This document shows, in pieces, positions 40,164 to 50,839 of a stretch of 64,000 nucleotides of DNA; the stretch's first letter is position 1; every line of letters starts with the position of its first letter. The stretch is from Nitrososphaeraceae archaeon (lineage in GTDB: Archaea; Thermoproteota; Nitrososphaeria; Nitrososphaerales; Nitrososphaeraceae), in contig DATFEP010000067.1 in the NCBI GenBank assembly GCA_035250975.1, positions 1 to 64,000 of the forward strand. Direction: 5' to 3'. The notes under the pieces were generated by a model. It searched no databases. It saw only the letters and a program-made list of their open reading frames with translations, and was not told the DNA's origin. The translations under genes and the position numbers were made by a program.

Positions 40164-40176
40164 CTTTTTTTTCTTT
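40164..40176 (+). terminator. Putative archaeal oligo-T terminator
   Basis: T-rich tract about 10 nt after the stop at 40154. Confidence 0.4.
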
Positions 40177-40302
40177 GGTTATGAAAATAAAATGTGAGTT
40201 TGATTTAATTATTTAAGTAGAAATAGAATTTAAAGATTCTGGATAATCTACTTATAGATAATTACATATTAAGTCTAATCAAACTCAAAGATTAAAATGT
40301 AA

Positions 40303-41355
40303 TCATTTGAATTCGTTCTGCAATATTTCTTTTTTCTTGCTCATATCAAAAATCTTATCAGTATGAGACAACGCATCATTGCGAGGTTTTTTAAAAATCA
40401 TCGACTGAACCAATAAGTGGTTCTCTGGAATTACCATGCCAGTCTGATCATCTGAATATGAAAATTTTAAAACATCATCTTGGCTTCTTATCAAACTTTC
40501 ATGAATATGGACCATATTGGTGTCACCGTGAGTAAATCCTAAATCCAATGCGGTCTTCCTTACATCAAGAGTACCCTTAGCAGAGTTTAGAATAGCAACC
40601 CCAAATTCATTATGAAATATTTCTAATACTTGATCTTTTAAAGGGGCTTTATTTTTAAATCTTATAAGTATCTGGTGTAAATGCATCATTCTAGAAGGAA
40701 CCTTGAAAGCTTCAACGTATAGGTTGGCTGCAGGAATAAAATCTTTGACATCGTCTTGATGGTGGGGATGCGAATCCCATTCTATCGAATCTTTGACTTC
40801 TTTCGAATCCTCTAAATCAGCCCATCTTCTAATAAGATTAACATCATATCTTATAATATCATCACTGAATTTCTCAATCAATGGTTGCATAATTCTCCCC
40901 ATCCCAGAAACGTTACAACTTCCTTGCATCACATATGATTTTCCTGATGCTTTATCATAATTTACTCTCGAATTATGTATCATATCAGCAACTGAATATT
41001 CTCCTAGTCTATCTTCCCCTCCTTGAAATATTGCCTTTTTTTTCATTGGAACGTACAACATTAGTTTATTTTTATATCCCATCCCCTCTTTTGCCGCGTC
41101 AATAATCACTTCAGAATCACGAATTCCATCTTCAATATAACCCGCAAATTCTAATTTTTTGCTCGCAAATTCATTTTCTGAAGTTTTAGGGATAAAAACT
41201 CTGTAACCTTTAGATATCGCTTCTTTAGCCCTTTCATCAGCACTATACTTTGCTATTCCCACCAACTCAATTTCCTCATCTACGCTAAAATATGTTGCCA
41301 ATCTTCTACCAATATTACCATAACCGTTAATGAACAATTTTACCATTCTAACCAC
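40303..41355 (-). CDS. gap: Archaeal (type II) glyceraldehyde-3-phosphate dehydrogenase
   Basis: INGYGNIGRR, AIFQGGE, GSCN, HHQDDV, MHLH, VIPEN. Confidence 0.92.
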   Translation of the reverse strand: MVRMVKLFINGYGNIGRRLATYFSVDEEIELVGIAKYSADERAKEAISKGYRVFIPKTSENEFASKKLEFAGYIEDGIRDSEVIIDAAKEGMGYKNKLMLYVPMKKKAIFQGGEDRLGEYSVADMIHNSRVNYDKASGKSYVMQGSCNVSGMGRIMQPLIEKFSDDIIRYDVNLIRRWADLEDSKEVKDSIEWDSHPHHQDDVKDFIPAANLYVEAFKVPSRMMHLHQILIRFKNKAPLKDQVLEIFHNEFGVAILNSAKGTLDVRKTALDLGFTHGDTNMVHIHESLIRSQDDVLKFSYSDDQTGMVIPENHLLVQSMIFKKPRNDALSHTDKIFDMSKKKEILQNEFK

Positions 41356-41528
41356 TAAAATCTTATTTGATATATGAAATTATTATACAATATATTTTTA
41401 TTTCTAAACAATATTTGGAAGTTTGTTATTATTTGTGGATTTACAGAAAATTATAGAATTACCTTTATCGGCTTATGTTTAGGATAACTTTAATAATTCA
41501 ATGCTTGATAGTAAAGTAACCAACATTA

Positions 41529-42116
41529 ATGAAACTATTAATTATCGATAATTACGATTCTTTCGTTTATAATATTGCTCAATTAATTGGAAAAAAGAAT
41601 ATCGAGACTCTGATATATCGAAATGATAAAATTGCATTAAAAACGATAGTAAAATTGGATCCTGACGGAATTATATTATCACCAGGTCCTGGAACTCCAG
41701 AAAATAAAAAATATTTCGGAATTTGTGATAATATCATTAAAGTACTTGGAATGAAAATCCCGATTTTGGGAATATGCTTGGGTCACCAAGGTATTGCGTC
41801 TGCTTTCGGTGGAAGAATACTTAATGCAAAGAAAACAAGGCATGGTAAGACAAGCCAGATTTTTTTTATGCCAGATCCTATCTTTGATGGACTAAAAAAT
41901 CCCTTCGTTGCAACTAGATATCATTCTTTAATAGCAGATAAAAAAACTCTTCCAAAGTGTTTGAAAGTTATTGCAAATTCATTAGATGATAATGAAATAA
42001 TGGCACTCACACATGAAAAATATCCAATAAAAGGAGTACAATTTCATCCCGAATCGATCCTGACTGGTGAAGGTATTAAGCTATTAAGTAATTTTATCAC
42101 ATTTACTAGAAAATGA
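41529..42116 (+). CDS. trpG: Anthranilate synthase component II
   Basis: IIDNYDSFVYN, SPGPGTP, GICLGHQ, RYHSL, QFHPES; overlaps trpD. Confidence 0.92.
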   Translation: MKLLIIDNYDSFVYNIAQLIGKKNIETLIYRNDKIALKTIVKLDPDGIILSPGPGTPENKKYFGICDNIIKVLGMKIPILGICLGHQGIASAFGGRILNAKKTRHGKTSQIFFMPDPIFDGLKNPFVATRYHSLIADKKTLPKCLKVIANSLDDNEIMALTHEKYPIKGVQFHPESILTGEGIKLLSNFITFTRK

Positions 42117-43195
42117 CAATTGATTCTTACTCGCAAAGCCTGAGTCAATCCATTAAAAAATTAGAAAGAAAAATAGATCTCTCTTATTCTGAATCTTATG
42201 ATATGTTTAAAAGAATTATTAATCGTGAGCTCACCAATCTTGAAGTTTTTTCGATCTTAAAAGTATTGGCCAACAAGGGAGAATCTGTTGATGAAATAAT
42301 AGCTTTAGTTGATCTTATTTATGATAAAGCAATAAAGATAACACCGAATATCAAAGGAAGTTTAATTGACATTTGCGGTACAGGTGGCGATAAAATAAAT
42401 ACTTTTAATATAAGCACCGCATCAAGTGTAGTTGCGTCAGCTGCTGGATGCAAGATAGCAAAACATGGCAATAGATCCTCCTCTGGAATATGTGGAAGTT
42501 CGGATTTTTTGGAAGCAATAGGTTTGGATTTGATAAAAGCGTCAGAAAATGCTTCAGGTTCTATCGAAACTATAGGGATAGGATTTCTCTTCGCACCATT
42601 TTTTCATCCAACTTTAAAAAGTCTATCGAAACTTAGGCAATCTATCGGTATGAGAACTATTTTTAACATCGTCGGTCCGTTGTGCAATCCGTGTACCAAT
42701 CTTACTGGACAAGTAATTGGAGTGTATGATAGCATGCTCTCTGAAAAGATAACAAAGGTAGCCTTAAAAAAGCATAGAAAATACATGATTGTTTACTCTC
42801 TTGATGGCGTTGATGAGTTGACAAATAGTGGAATGAATAATATTACTATAGTTGACAAAGGAAGGATCGATAAATTTGAGTTTTTTTCAACGAATTTTGG
42901 CATTACGAATGCTCCAATTGAAAAAATGTTGATAAAAAACAAGGAAGAATCTATCAGATTAACTTTGCAAGCAATTTATGGGACAGCAGAAAAAGAAATA
43001 GAAGATATAGTAGTTATAAATTCCGCGGCCTCTTTAATAACAGGAGATATTGTAAATAACTTTAAAGACGGGATAGAAATTTCTAGGGAATCGATAAAAA
43101 CTCAAGAAGCCAGAAAAAAACTCGAAACCCTAATAGACAAATATGGAGAGAAAGAAAAATTGATCGAGATAGAAAAAAAATTAGAATTATCATGA
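42113..43195 (+). CDS. trpD: Anthranilate phosphoribosyltransferase
   Basis: DICGTGGD..TFNIST, AKHGNRSSS..GSSD, RTIFNIVGPL, DGVDE. Confidence 0.95.
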   Translation: MTIDSYSQSLSQSIKKLERKIDLSYSESYDMFKRIINRELTNLEVFSILKVLANKGESVDEIIALVDLIYDKAIKITPNIKGSLIDICGTGGDKINTFNISTASSVVASAAGCKIAKHGNRSSSGICGSSDFLEAIGLDLIKASENASGSIETIGIGFLFAPFFHPTLKSLSKLRQSIGMRTIFNIVGPLCNPCTNLTGQVIGVYDSMLSEKITKVALKKHRKYMIVYSLDGVDELTNSGMNNITIVDKGRIDKFEFFSTNFGITNAPIEKMLIKNKEESIRLTLQAIYGTAEKEIEDIVVINSAASLITGDIVNNFKDGIEISRESIKTQEARKKLETLIDKYGEKEKLIEIEKKLELS

Positions 43196-43320
43196 TATAG
43201 ATACGTTACTTGTTATCTCCAGCTCATAGATAGGTAAAATAGAATAATTAGAAAATGAAGAGAAAATAATATTTGCGATGAAGCAAATATTTATATGAGT
43301 ATAACAAAAGAATCCAAATA

Positions 43321-43683
43321 TTGAGCTTTCAATTAACAACCTTGCAAGATAAAGAGAATATCCTACTTGGAAGGAGAGAAGTGAAATATTTCATAAAGGA
43401 AGCGGCTGGTAAATTAAGCAGGTTAGAATTGATAAATTCAATAGAGAAGAGCCTTGGGGTACAAAGAGATAAAATTTATCCAATTGAATTAAGAACTGAA
43501 AAAGGCAAAAATGATGTCCATGCACTAGTGTACATCTACGACAAAAAAGAGCAGTCTGAAAGACAGCTACCTAAGTATCGAATACTTAGAAGGCTTTCAA
43601 AAGATGAAAGAAAAAAAATAATAGACGAAGAGAAAGCAGCTAAACTAAAGGCAAAACAGGCTGCCAAAGCAGATGCGAAGTAA
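43321..43683 (+). CDS. rps24e: 30S ribosomal protein S24e
   Basis: [26 protein letters not shown]; upstream of S27ae. Confidence 0.88.
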   Translation: MSFQLTTLQDKENILLGRREVKYFIKEAAGKLSRLELINSIEKSLGVQRDKIYPIELRTEKGKNDVHALVYIYDKKEQSERQLPKYRILRRLSKDERKKIIDEEKAAKLKAKQAAKADAK

Positions 43684-43703
43684 ATCAGTTCCTGGTGATA
43701 GAG

Positions 43704-43889
43704 ATGGTCGACACAAAGAAAAATAAAGATTCTAAAATTTATCAATTCTACAAACTTGAGAATGATGTAGTAAAAAGAGTTAGAAGAGAATGTCCCAGGT
43801 GTGGAAAGGGAATTTTCATGGCTGAACATAAGGACAGACATACATGTGGAAAATGTGGATTTACTGAGTTTCTTCATAAAAAGCAATAA
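43704..43889 (+). CDS. rps27ae: 30S ribosomal protein S27ae
   Basis: [26 protein letters not shown]. Confidence 0.96.
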   Translation: MVDTKKNKDSKIYQFYKLENDVVKRVRRECPRCGKGIFMAEHKDRHTCGKCGFTEFLHKKQ

Positions 43890-44596
43890 TAAATGCTTCT
43901 GATGATGATTAGTATTGGGTTAATAAATTAAAAGTAACAGAAATTCATTAGCTCTTCCTAAGGGTATTACTATAAATTATATTTTTTCAGAAAATAAAAG
44001 TGTTAGAAAATTTAAGATTAGAATACTTTTTTTTTCTCTTTATTACAAGTTTTTCATTTCATTTTTTTTAAAATTGTTTTTATGTTGTGAGAAGAAGGAA
44101 CATTTCAACAACAAAAGATACTTCTTTATTTAAATTATTTCATCTTTCATTTTTAATTATCAGATGCTATCGTTAAGACATAAAAAGCCAGATAAATATT
44201 TTGTTCTGGTCACCATATTATCAATAATTATAATTGTCCGTAAGAGAATTCTATCAGTTAATTCTTTTTTAAATTGTTGGATGAAGTACTTTTTAATAAA
44301 GTGAACTTTTGAAACATTATTGATCAACTAGGCTAAACAAGAGATAACAAAATAATTAACCTTCTTTCACTCATTATTTTCAAAACTTTAATGTTAAATA
44401 GGCTACATTGTAATATTTTTAATATATAATAAATTATTTGAGATGCAGTTCTAAAATTACCAAATATTTTAAGCTGATTAAGAAATAATTTTCCATGATA
44501 GTCTTTAATATCAAAATGAGACCAAGAAAAAAATGAAATAGCGTACTTTGGCTAATTGTTGCCATACCGCTGTAAAAAATTCAAAAGTTATTACGA

Positions 44597-45286
44597 TTAT
44601 CTTTCCAAAATATATCTTAATCTATTTTTAAGACTAGGCTCGACTTGAAAATTCAAAATAGAGGACACTGGTATTGAAATATTATTATCTTCTAGGCGAA
44701 TTTTTTTAATCATCAATCCTCTGTTTATCCAATTTTTGACAACCTGCTCTTCCAAATGTACATCCTTAAACCCATCTTGAAACTTATTTTTTAAACATGT
44801 CAAGAGAATGTTGTCGTTTTTGAATAGTTTCTTTGCATCAAATAACCGTTCAAAATCATCATATTTTTCTTCATAGAAAGTACTTTTTACATTATCTGAA
44901 TGAATGTTCATTTTCATAAAACGATTTACTAAACTCACATAATGTAAAAACTCATGTGCAAGTATCGTATGTATCGAACTCTTCAATCCATAGACGACAA
45001 GAGGAGCCGTTATCTGAATAAAAATAGATAAATCTCCCTTACTATTAATATCTGGAATTGTTCTAGCAAAAAGGAGACCGTACTGGTCAAACTCTATCAA
45101 GGATGACGATACTACAAGACTGGGTTCAATATAATATGGGGGGAATTTTATCATACTTGTTTTTTCAATTCTTTTGATTCCATCCAACAAAATGGAAAAC
45201 CGTTTTAAAATAATTTCATATATTTCCCTAGGTATCAGTTTATTGAGAAAAGCATCATTAATAGCAGTCAGAGGTTCACAATCCAT
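44597..45286 (-). CDS. Hypothetical protein with HEXXH zincin-like motif
   Basis: ILAHEFLHY. Confidence 0.75.
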   Translation of the reverse strand: MDCEPLTAINDAFLNKLIPREIYEIILKRFSILLDGIKRIEKTSMIKFPPYYIEPSLVVSSSLIEFDQYGLLFARTIPDINSKGDLSIFIQITAPLVVYGLKSSIHTILAHEFLHYVSLVNRFMKMNIHSDNVKSTFYEEKYDDFERLFDAKKLFKNDNILLTCLKNKFQDGFKDVHLEEQVVKNWINRGLMIKKIRLEDNNISIPVSSILNFQVEPSLKNRLRYILER

Positions 45287-45323
45287 TATTAGATAAGATC
45301 AAAATATCATAAATATAAAAAAA

Positions 45324-46475
45324 TTACGCGACAGTTATATCCAGAACGTCAAATTTTATACAAGTACATTTATTACCAATATATGATGAAACATTTGGTT
45401 CTATCCAATTCTTTCCCTCTATAAACTGTTTTACGGACAATCCGCTATCTGACAAAAAGGTAACAACAAAATCATATTCATCTAATCTCTTTACAGAGAT
45501 TTTGTAGATTTTCCTTTGAACTATTTTTGTTTTGTTTTTATATTTTATTGTAGAATTCTTCAGTTGCTTTAGTCTCAATAAATTTAAATTGTTTATAGGA
45601 AATAGTGTTTTCACATAGGCTTTTGTTTTTGATATATAATTTATGGTGTATTTTTTTATTGATTCTTTTTTTTCTTTTATCTTAAATAATATTCCATCCT
45701 CTTGGAAAATTATATTCTTTTTTATTTTCCTTTTTTTTGGGTTAATGATTTGGGCTATAAAAAATCTTCCCTTCCCTAAAACCATACTATTTTGATCTTC
45801 ACCTCCCATCCATGTAAAATTTACATTCTCGCAAGAGGTAAAATCCATCAAATGACGTTTTATGATCATTTCAATCGATTTTTTTTCATTATTGTTTTCA
45901 ATAAGGTTACATATCTTACATCCTCGTCCTTCACAATTATCACATTTGATTTTCCTTTGATGCATTAGTTTTTTCTTTGTATATCTGCAGATTAAGTAAT
46001 ACGTACGGGTTCGAAAGTCAACAGAAAATTCAAGATCATGAGATATTGAAACATTTATCAGCATATCAGGAGATTGTATTTTTAAAGGCTTTTTTAAAAC
46101 TTTTTCAAAATTATTTCTCACTGCATGATTAAAAGCTGATTTGATATTCTCTTCTCCACGTAGTTGAAAAAGAGACCTGAAATGATCTTCATTATCAAAC
46201 AAATGTGCAGGAAGAGAAGTTCCCAAACAATAAGAATCAAACTCATATTTATTTTTAACAGATATGAGAAAGGCTATTTCCTTTACAATTTCTTCTATGA
46301 TATCAAATAATCCCCTACAAATAAAACATTTTGAGGCAGAGTTATCTGTACTTGTTACCTTATGATCTTTAAGCATCGCGTACTTACCAATTAATATTTT
46401 TGCTGTATTGTTTCTTTTTAAACAATAATCACACAACATATAAAAATCATTGACAATATTTTCAGATTGTTTCAA
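45324..46475 (-). CDS. pus10: tRNA pseudouridine(54/55) synthase Pus10, divergent
   Basis: CDYC...CFIC zinc site, RYTK, GGEDQNSMVLGKGR, GLSVKQFIEG, PNVS, FDVLDI. Confidence 0.85.
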   Translation of the reverse strand: MKQSENIVNDFYMLCDYCLKRNNTAKILIGKYAMLKDHKVTSTDNSASKCFICRGLFDIIEEIVKEIAFLISVKNKYEFDSYCLGTSLPAHLFDNEDHFRSLFQLRGEENIKSAFNHAVRNNFEKVLKKPLKIQSPDMLINVSISHDLEFSVDFRTRTYYLICRYTKKKLMHQRKIKCDNCEGRGCKICNLIENNNEKKSIEMIIKRHLMDFTSCENVNFTWMGGEDQNSMVLGKGRFFIAQIINPKKRKIKKNIIFQEDGILFKIKEKKESIKKYTINYISKTKAYVKTLFPINNLNLLRLKQLKNSTIKYKNKTKIVQRKIYKISVKRLDEYDFVVTFLSDSGLSVKQFIEGKNWIEPNVSSYIGNKCTCIKFDVLDITVA

Positions 46476-46513
46476 ATTATTATTGCACTTAACTATTGTT
46501 ATTGTTAGTTACA

Positions 46514-47881
46514 TTAACCCAAACCGAAACGTCTCAACATTCCATGCATCTGTCTGCCTTTTGCCTGTTTCATCATACTTTTTGAATTATTGTATTGTTT
46601 TATCATTTCTTTAACATCATGTTCCATTATACCTGATCCTCTTGAAATTCGTTTTCTCCTTGAATCATTGATCACATTTGGATCTTTTTTTTCCTCTTTT
46701 GTCATTGATTGTATAACAAATCTCCATTTTTCAATCTTTGTTTGTAAATTATCTAGTTGTTCATCTTTTACCATACCAGAAAGTCCTGGAAGATTTTCCA
46801 TTACATTTCTAAATCCCATTTTACTTACATTTTCCATTTGAGAATAGAAATCTTCTATAGTCATTCTACCGCCTAACAATCTTTTAGCTTGGTTTGCGTC
46901 TGCTTCCAATTCAAGGCTTTTTGCCATTTCTAACAATGCCTTGATATCACCCATCCCCAATAAGCGCCCTACAAACCTAGTTGGAGAAAATAATTCTAAA
47001 TCATCAATCCTTTCACCAGTTCCGATAAACATAATTTTAGCTCCAGTGGCTGCAGAAGCTGCTAAAGCACCTCCACCCTTCGCAGTTCCATCTAGTTTAG
47101 TGATCAAAATTCCTCCCACTGGAGCGGCATCGTGAAATGCTTTTGCCTGATTGTATGCCTGCTGTCCAATAGTACCATCTATTACTAGGATGACTATATC
47201 AGGATTAATAACATTATACATATCATTCATTTCCTGTAATAATCCTGACTCTTCTTTGTGTCTTCCAGCTGTATCTATAATGATTACATCATAATCGAGA
47301 TTATCATAATACTTTAATCCATTTCTCACTATAGAAACAGGATTCTTATTATCTTCTTCTCCATAAACTTCCACTTTAATTTTAATGCTATTCATCTTCA
47401 ATTGTGTAAGAGCGCCAGGTCTCCACGTATCTGCACCTATAATAGCTGTTTTATATCCATGCCTGGTTAACCATCTCGCAAGTTTAACTGTACAAGTAGT
47501 TTTTCCGCTTCCCTGAATACCAAGCATCAAAATGATATTCTTCTTCCCAGGTTTAAAATTTAGAGATTCTTTTTCGTCTGAATAAGATTTCTCTATATTA
47601 GTTATGCTTGTTCCGCTATATCCAAGTAAAGAAGCAATTTCATTATAAAGTATTGTAATAATATGATCTTTTCTTGATAATCCTTTTGGAGACTGTTCAT
47701 TCAAGGCACGCTCTTTTAAATTCTTTGTAATAGAAAGCACCAATTTAACATTAATATCGGATTGCAATAATGATCTTTGGATATCCTTAGAGAGAGAATC
47801 AATCAATTCTTCATTTATATCCGATGCTCCTACTATTTTCTTGAGAGCGCTTCTTAATCCGGTCCGTAGATTATCAAACAT
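46514..47881 (-). CDS. ffh: Signal recognition particle protein SRP54
   Basis: GIQGSGKTT, DTAGRH, TKLDGTAKGGGALA, Met-rich M domain. Confidence 0.96.
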   Translation of the reverse strand: MFDNLRTGLRSALKKIVGASDINEELIDSLSKDIQRSLLQSDINVKLVLSITKNLKERALNEQSPKGLSRKDHIITILYNEIASLLGYSGTSITNIEKSYSDEKESLNFKPGKKNIILMLGIQGSGKTTCTVKLARWLTRHGYKTAIIGADTWRPGALTQLKMNSIKIKVEVYGEEDNKNPVSIVRNGLKYYDNLDYDVIIIDTAGRHKEESGLLQEMNDMYNVINPDIVILVIDGTIGQQAYNQAKAFHDAAPVGGILITKLDGTAKGGGALAASAATGAKIMFIGTGERIDDLELFSPTRFVGRLLGMGDIKALLEMAKSLELEADANQAKRLLGGRMTIEDFYSQMENVSKMGFRNVMENLPGLSGMVKDEQLDNLQTKIEKWRFVIQSMTKEEKKDPNVINDSRRKRISRGSGIMEHDVKEMIKQYNNSKSMMKQAKGRQMHGMLRRFGLG

Positions 47882-47882
47882 T

Positions 47883-48569
47883 TTACTTATCCATTAATAC
47901 AATATCCGTTATTTCTATTATACCTCTTTGTCCATCCCATTTAGTCTTTGAATTAAGAATTTGTAATCTCTTTTCATAGATTGGACAGTCAATAACAAGT
48001 GTTTCTGCTTCCCCTCCTTCAAATGCCACATTAAACCCATATTTTTTGCTTAACAAAAATAATTTTTCTAGTTTATCTTGATCTATAATTATGCCCAACC
48101 AAGCCTCATCAAGCCCCATTGCAGAGACACCAACTATGAGTATGAAGAATTTATGAATGAGTAGTTCCTTCATATATGAAAATTGGTCAGCTTCCCATAG
48201 TGGAGAATAAAGTATCAAATCATTATCTTTACAAATATTAAGAAAAATATTTTTTTGAAAATTTGAGAACAATCCTCCATTGACTAATCCTTCGATGTTG
48301 TATTCTGCCTTGGCAATTTTTACCAAATGATCTAGAGATTTTATTTCATCATCTAAATTGTTAATTTTAATGTTACCTTCGATAATGGGTATATTCATAG
48401 CTCTAGATTGTAATTCAGGAACCCCTTTATTTGGGAAGTGAAATAGAAGACTTTCTTCATTAGATGGATATAATGTAATCAAACATTCTATTGAAAATCC
48501 TTTTTTCTTAGCGAGATAGATAGCATATGTACTATCCTTACCGCCGGAGAAAAGACTCGCTAGTTTCAT
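47883..48569 (-). CDS. dph6: Diphthine--ammonia ligase (Dph6)
   Basis: SLFSGGKDS, SPLW, FEGGEAETLVIDCP. Confidence 0.9.
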   Translation of the reverse strand: MKLASLFSGGKDSTYAIYLAKKKGFSIECLITLYPSNEESLLFHFPNKGVPELQSRAMNIPIIEGNIKINNLDDEIKSLDHLVKIAKAEYNIEGLVNGGLFSNFQKNIFLNICKDNDLILYSPLWEADQFSYMKELLIHKFFILIVGVSAMGLDEAWLGIIIDQDKLEKLFLLSKKYGFNVAFEGGEAETLVIDCPIYEKRLQILNSKTKWDGQRGIIEITDIVLMDK

Positions 48570-48639
48570 TATTTATATCAATTAAATTAATAGCATATAT
48601 AAAAATAAAATATGGCAAAGCAGATGATACTTTTGATTA

Positions 48640-49023
48640 TTACATAGTGGAGAGTGAATTATGCTGCTGAATAGTTGCGTAATTGGGCTGCTCCGATATC
48701 TCTGGGAACAATCCTGCTAATTTATCATGTTTCTCTAGAAAATCTGCTCCCATAGACGTCGTCTTGTACAAACCAGTAACTTTGGAATATTCCATTAAAC
48801 CTTGTTTTACTGCTAATCGCAAATATCGAGTTATTTGAGAATGAGACACAGACGCCTTATTCATTATAGTTGTTTGATATTCCCATTTATTGGCAGCACA
48901 ACGAATTATAGATGCAATTATTCCTATATCAGTTCTATTTTTCAAAGAATCTTTACCTCTTTCTTCATTGTATGAATGCTGAATGATAGAATTCAATTTA
49001 GATAATAAAAAAACCTTTGACAA
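48640..49023 (-). CDS. Winged-helix transcriptional regulator (ArnR1/HTH_45-like)
   Basis: NRTDIGIIASII, TTIMNKASVS..QITRYL, YKTT.MG..FL. Confidence 0.8.
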   Translation of the reverse strand: MSKVFLLSKLNSIIQHSYNEERGKDSLKNRTDIGIIASIIRCAANKWEYQTTIMNKASVSHSQITRYLRLAVKQGLMEYSKVTGLYKTTSMGADFLEKHDKLAGLFPEISEQPNYATIQQHNSLSTM

Positions 49024-49299
49024 TTATTAACGACAAAATTGTTTGTTAAATTAAAACCGATAAAAAGAAATAATAAAAATTAATCAAAACACCTCAGCAA
49101 CTCATAATCTTCGTCACATACAAATTACAATGTATCGGACGGCTCTTCCTATACTTCATCGGCATTTGATTTGTTTATTATCTTTAATTTAAATTGATCA
49201 TTAATAAAGACTGCTCTTTTGGACAACTACTTTAAATACTGATTTTTTTTTATTCCAATCCGACGTGTAGAAATTCGGCAGTTATAGTTGATATCATCT

Positions 49300-49520
49300 G
49301 TCTATTCTTCTAGTAATATTACTAAACACGTGCTCGTATTATATCTTCAGTCTGCCTCTATTGTAAATGAAAGTAAACTCAGATGCAATCCAACGATTTG
49401 GTATACGAACTATCCACCTTCTTTATACCTGTTAATCTTCCATTTTGGTATCTGGGTTATCAATAACATCAATATCAAGAAATTTCTCCTCTCTTTATAA
49501 CAGGTTATCTCTATTTCTCC
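49300..49520 (-). mobile_element. Degenerate IS5-family-like transposase N-terminal remnant
   Basis: Minus-strand frames give KRGEI / LDIDVIDN / KEGG*FVY / VYFHLQ*RQTEDIIR, matching by recall archaeal IS5-type N-termini; contains stops and frameshifts. Confidence 0.6.
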
Positions 49521-49744
49521 CAGTGAAAGAGATACTAGCATTAAGATTGTTAGCTAAATAAGTTAGAAATCTGACTTATGCAACAAGACATTAGAACCAA
49601 ATAAAGAGATTTGAGTCAGGATAGTGCAAATACAAATGTGATTTAAAAGTAAAATAAGCTAAAGAATGTTTTTTTTGCACTTAATATTCATAAAATAAAA
49701 TGAAATAAAATTAATTTTTATTATCCTTATTTTATATTGAGAGT

Positions 49745-50797
49745 ATGATCTCTGCAAGGATAGTTAAAACAAATGAATCTCTGATAATTGAAAATATGCA
49801 GCAACCAAAACCTGTACATACACAAGTTTTGGTACGAGTTAAAGCTGCTGGTATATGTCATAGTGACCTACACTTGTGGGAAGGAGGATACATTGGTTCT
49901 GGCGGAAAAATTATGAAGGTAGAGGATAGAGGAGTTCGTTTCCCATTAACACCAGGCCATGAGGTGGCAGGTGTCGTGGAGGACATAGGAGAATCAGTGT
50001 CATATTTTCAAAAAGGAGACAGCGTATTGGTTTATCCTTGGATTGGGGATGAAATATGTTCGTCATGCAAGTCAGGGGATGAACATTTATGTGATAAACC
50101 TAGAACATTAGGAATTTATCAAGATGGAGGCTACTCAGACTTAATTCTTGTTCCTAATTATAAATACCTAATAAAATTAGAACAAGATGATTTTGATTCT
50201 GCAGCTTCTCTTGCATGTTCTGGGTTAACTGCTTATACAGCAATAAAGAAAGCAGCTGCAACTCCCAATGATAATTTGGTAATCATTGGAGCTGGCGGTT
50301 TGGGATTGATGGCAGTGCAGATAGCAAAATCAATCACTAATTCCAAGATTTTGGTTGTAGATGTGGACAATGAGAAATTAAATGAAGCGAAGAGATTAGG
50401 TGCAGATCACATTATCAATTCCGTAGAGACAGATCCTATCAAGAATGTAAAGGATTTAACAGGAGGACAGGGTTGTGAAATAGTAATAGATTTTGTAAAT
50501 AACAGTAAAACCGCTCCGGTAGCTATGGATAGTTTGAGAAAGAGAGGAAAATATATAATGGTAGGGCTATTCGGAGGATCATTAGAATTGAATCTCCCAT
50601 TGGTTCCCTTGAGAGCATTTAATATAATGGGCGCTTATACTGGAAGAATTACAGACTTGGTTGAACTAGTATCACTTTATAAAAAAGGAAAGATAAGTTC
50701 AGTTGTATCAAAGAAATACAAACTGGATGCCGTGAATGATGCTCTCCAAGATTTAAAGGACAGAAAAATTATTGGAAGAGCAGTATTTAATCCTTAA
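49745..50797 (+). CDS. Zinc-dependent alcohol dehydrogenase
   Basis: GICHSD, GHE, C..C.......C structural site, IGAGGLG, GRAV. Confidence 0.94.
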   Translation: MISARIVKTNESLIIENMQQPKPVHTQVLVRVKAAGICHSDLHLWEGGYIGSGGKIMKVEDRGVRFPLTPGHEVAGVVEDIGESVSYFQKGDSVLVYPWIGDEICSSCKSGDEHLCDKPRTLGIYQDGGYSDLILVPNYKYLIKLEQDDFDSAASLACSGLTAYTAIKKAAATPNDNLVIIGAGGLGLMAVQIAKSITNSKILVVDVDNEKLNEAKRLGADHIINSVETDPIKNVKDLTGGQGCEIVIDFVNNSKTAPVAMDSLRKRGKYIMVGLFGGSLELNLPLVPLRAFNIMGAYTGRITDLVELVSLYKKGKISSVVSKKYKLDAVNDALQDLKDRKIIGRAVFNP

Positions 50798-50839
50798 AGA
50801 AAATTTCTAATCTTCTCTTTTTAATCTTATTTAAATGTA

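Noticed and set aside
44165-44296. 43-aa hydrophobic ORF in the ~700-bp gap after rps27ae
   Set aside because: Short, expected by chance in AT-rich DNA, no supporting signal
49288-49500. 70-aa plus-strand ORF
   Set aside because: TTG start, no motifs, and antisense to the transposase-like remnant
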